A DNA stretch of 63,941 nucleotides, the filler included, from Reticulomyxa filosa (lineage: Eukaryota; Protista; Foraminifera), in NCBI GenBank assembly GCA_000512085.1. It is 21 parts of 21 records of this genome, joined end to end, with 100 filler letters (N's around TTAATTAATTAA, not from the genome) between each part and the next. Parts side by side here need not be neighbours in the genome. Positions count along the whole stretch, not along the records: positions 60,458 to 63,941 come from ASPP01004734.1; 20 more parts are not named here. One strand, written 5' to 3'. Below are positions 60,647-63,941 of this stretch, piece after piece (positions within the stretch are counted from its first letter, which is position 1; every line of letters begins with the position of its first letter). The notes below the pieces were generated by a model that was not told the DNA's origin, did no database searches, and saw nothing but the letters and a program-made list of their open reading frames with translations. A program made the translations under genes and the position numbers.

Positions 60647-62853
60647 GCGCTCAAATGCAAAACACACACGCAGTAGCAGCAGCACCGAGGTGATCAAGCC
60701 AACGAAAACGAAATATACTTTGTTGGAAACAAAGTTGTGGAAGGCGTTGAAAGAACAATTAGTGCAAATCTTTGACTGGCAAAACATCTATCGCGCACCC
60801 ACTCAGTGGTATTGGTTTCAATACAATTTCTTAAACAATCCAATGTGGTTGGATGTCCCAGGTAAAAAAAAAAAAAAAAAAATAACTAATGTCATCACAA
60901 CCACGTATACGCATATACGTATACGTACATAGCAAATTAATACAATCTGTATACATATATATGTATTCTCAGTTTTTTTGTTTTTTTTTTTTTTTAGTTG
61001 CATTAACATTGGCATGTTTAGCAAAAATGTGTTGTGTTTGTGTGTACGTTAACGTGTATCTGTGCGCAAACAGAAGAGAAAGTGGAAGAAGAAGAGAAAG
61101 AAAACGAAAAGAACACGAAAAGCAAGGAGAAGGACAAGAAGACTGAGGGCGATGACAACAACAGTGGATTAATGTTGGATGAGTTGCACACGATAGCGAA
61201 AGCGGAAATGAATCATGGAAGCAACATGTTGGAGCAAGTGATGAAAGTGCTAATAGAAGAGAACGACAAGAGCGAGCAATGCTGGCAAAAGATCACCGAG
61301 TATCAATACAAAAACCCAGTGTACCGTGGCAAGCAACAAATCCGACAGGACGCGATTCCGGAAGGATTGCAATGTGACGTGGAATCTACGGAATTGCAAC
61401 AAGTATCACTGATGAGCAAGTCGTACAATTACGACGCAAAGTACGAATATGATTATAACAATTACGTGTCGCAGCTGTGTATTCGTGCCCATTCGTTGAA
61501 TGAGCCCTTCCAAGAGGCTGTGCAAACGCTGTTCAAAGATCAATTGGAAAAGAAACTGGTGAAATTCACTGCTGGGCCAGTGAAAACGGTCCAACGCGTT
61601 CGTGAGAAGGCGTTCAATTATTATCGCGATAGCCAATTCCCTACGACGGCCCAAGTGGTGGATATGGTAAGATGCACCTTAACATTTTCGTCGATTGAAG
61701 ACTATTGGAAGGGCGTGGAAACATTATCCAAAACCGATGATCTTGAAACGGACAATGCCAATGCTTCGATAGCTCCAAAGCTGGCTTTGATGAGATGCTT
61801 GAATCAATTTGCTGAAATGAAAAAAGGAAAGCATTATCGCGAAGTGAGCAAAACCAAACTACCTATCCCCGCTGCCTATGGGGATATGAAATGGAATGTG
61901 ATCATCTCCGTGGAGCAAAAGGACAAGGAGGCGATTGGCATTGTAGGTGAAATTGTCTTGGTGTTGAAACCTATGTTTGAGTATCAAAAGAGAAGCACAG
62001 AATTAGTGCAAGTGTTGAAATTGAAAGAGAAAATTGACAAAAGCTTGCAAATCAATCTCCCCTTTGAAAAACGTTTGCGAATTGCTGGTACAAATCCCAG
62101 TCTTTTGGCTCCGTTGTTAATTAAAGAGCCACACCATTTCACTGAAGATTGCATTCGTGCTAAGGACGCCTTTGGTAAAACCTTGCTCACACGCTTCTTG
62201 CAAAACAAAGATACGCCCGCCGATTTAATTGGAAAATACATTGCCTGCATTCCAAAACCTTTGATGAATGAAGTTTGGAAAGCAAAAATTGATGCTGGTA
62301 GAACTCCGTTGATGCTTATTTTGCAATATCACAATGCTGATATTATCAAAACTGTATTGGAATGCATACCCAATTATTTGAGAGAGTTTTGTTGTATGTT
62401 GTTATTGATTTTTTTTTTTTTTTGAAATAATGATATAAGTTTGTTAAAATGAAAAATTATACTGAAATTAGCGAATTATTCAAAGAGAAAAACAATGACG
62501 GATGGACATCACTGATGTTGGCAGCTCGTTATCAGACATACGAGAGTATTAAAGCAATGATCCCTTTTATTCCAAAAGATCCATTGCTGTGGCAAAACAC
62601 CAGCTCCAAAGGTTTACATGTGCTGCATTGCATTTGCCAAAATGAAAATGAAGATGCGCATAAATCATTGAAAGATTTGCTTGAAGTCATTCCTGAACAC
62701 ATCCGAACAAAACTTGTTAATACTGCAAACAAAGACGGAAAGAAACCGATACATTATGCTTCGCTTAAAGCAAGCCAGAAGAATGGAACAGGTGCTGTTC
62801 TTGCCGAAATGTTTCCAAATGAAAAAGAAAAAGAATCCAAAACTGCAGAGTAA
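60647..62853 (+). CDS. RelA/SpoT-like nucleotidyltransferase domain plus ankyrin repeats (multi-exon)
   Basis: GPVKTVQRVREKA..Y..VVDMVRCTLTF..RCLNQF..YGDMKWNV..IVGEIVL, then ankyrins DAFGKTLL, DAGRTPLM, NDGWTSLMLAA, KDGKKPIHYA. The 5' boundary is uncertain. Confidence 0.65.
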
Positions 62854-63941
62854 TCTTTTTCATTCGATTCGTGGTGTTAATTTTTTTCCTTTTCTTTTTT
62901 TTTTTCCAAGTTTTCTTTCCTTTTGACCTCGAATTACCTTGTTGTAAAAATGTCGTATTTTTGTGTTTGATATGACTTGTTGAGTCGCAAACAATGTTTT
63001 TGTCAAATCTTCTGATACGCAGTTATTTTTGGGTTTCTGCGTATTGGGTTTGACAAATGCTTTAATCTCGCCTTGTTTGAATAAGAAATCATCTCATTCC
63101 GCACAATTCAAACAAAATGTTACATTCAATACTTTCGTACATTACGTTGTAAAACGAATAATTATTGGATGCATCTGAAACTGTTAGTTCTCTGTATACA
63201 AAACAAGATTGTGTTGCTCAATGCAATTACCGATTTAAAAAATTCCTTTTTAAGAGATGAAAAAGTGTTAAAGTTTCCATTAACATTTTTTTAATACTTC
63301 AATGCAAAAAAAAAAAGCAAAAGCAGCACATTGCCATCTCGACAATGTTTTATCTATAATACTTGAATTATTACTCTTCAGTCAAATTAATCAAGGAAAA
63401 AGTATTATTTTTATTAAAATGTTCTCCCGATGAAATTGAACGATTACATGAATTACTTGAAGACAATTGTTTAAATGGTGTTTGTTCTGATTTACGAGGT
63501 GAATCATGCGTTGAATCCGAATCTGAAGAGCAACCTGATAATATCACAACTCTTGCGTTTTTCTCGTTTGTTTCAGCGACATCGATTATATGTTTTGTTT
63601 CGTCTGATTTTGTGGTAGCAGGACTTTGTGATTTTGCAGTATTTTTTTGCCTTGACAGTGGACAATAAGTGCCTTGCGCCGTCACCATTATTTGTTCAAC
63701 TGACTTTATTGCAAGCAACAACGACAACAAGAGCTATTGGTTCAATGTGACGAATGTAACATACAAAAAAACTATTGTCAATGTGTTTGCACGTAGAGCT
63801 TACGTCATTATATTGTTGTTTGGTTTGTTTGAAAGCGTTATAAAAAAATCCATCTACGACTAAATCGGAAATGGCAGGCTGAAGATCACAAACATTGCAA
63901 GTTTGATATCGGAGTATACTATTGCGCCTTTTTTTTTTTTT

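Overview
This window is not one locus. It is a concatenation of 21 short, unlinked contigs joined by 20 identical 100-nt artificial spacers (44 N + TTAATTAATTAA + 44 N), so adjacency across a spacer is meaningless. Contig 1 (1-7087) is intron-less bacterial, plasmid-like DNA, probably from an AT-rich endosymbiont or contaminant. It carries a RepA_C-type replication initiator, an hsdM fragment fused to an IS481-family transposase fragment, a HEPN/AbiU2-like ORF, a J-domain protein with three copies of an unrecognised domain, and repeat proteins. Directly upstream of repA is an orphan type I-F CRISPR-repeat mini-array whose apparent third, diverged repeat is built into a perfect 15-bp hairpin. 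The other 20 contigs (7188-63941) are AT-rich protist nuclear DNA with short GT-AG introns full of poly-A/T and (TA)n. The Kelch/WD40/TPR family signatures resemble the foraminiferan Reticulomyxa filosa (inference from recall, not a search). Recognisable eukaryotic genes: myosin, isochorismatase-domain protein, V-ATPase F, AIG1-like GTPase, M1 aminopeptidase, ATP-synthase-alpha-like, PPR-like, CRIB-RhoGAP, Ubl fusion, Sfi1-like, TRAF zinc finger, UBA-ANKRD13, PPi-PFK, PGM3, FN3-SPRY, Kelch, WD40, PhyH-like with a Zn-finger insert, P4H-like, TPR, and a RelA/SpoT-like NTase-ankyrin protein. There are also Tc1/mariner remnants. Many frameshifts sit in homopolymers and look like sequencing errors.
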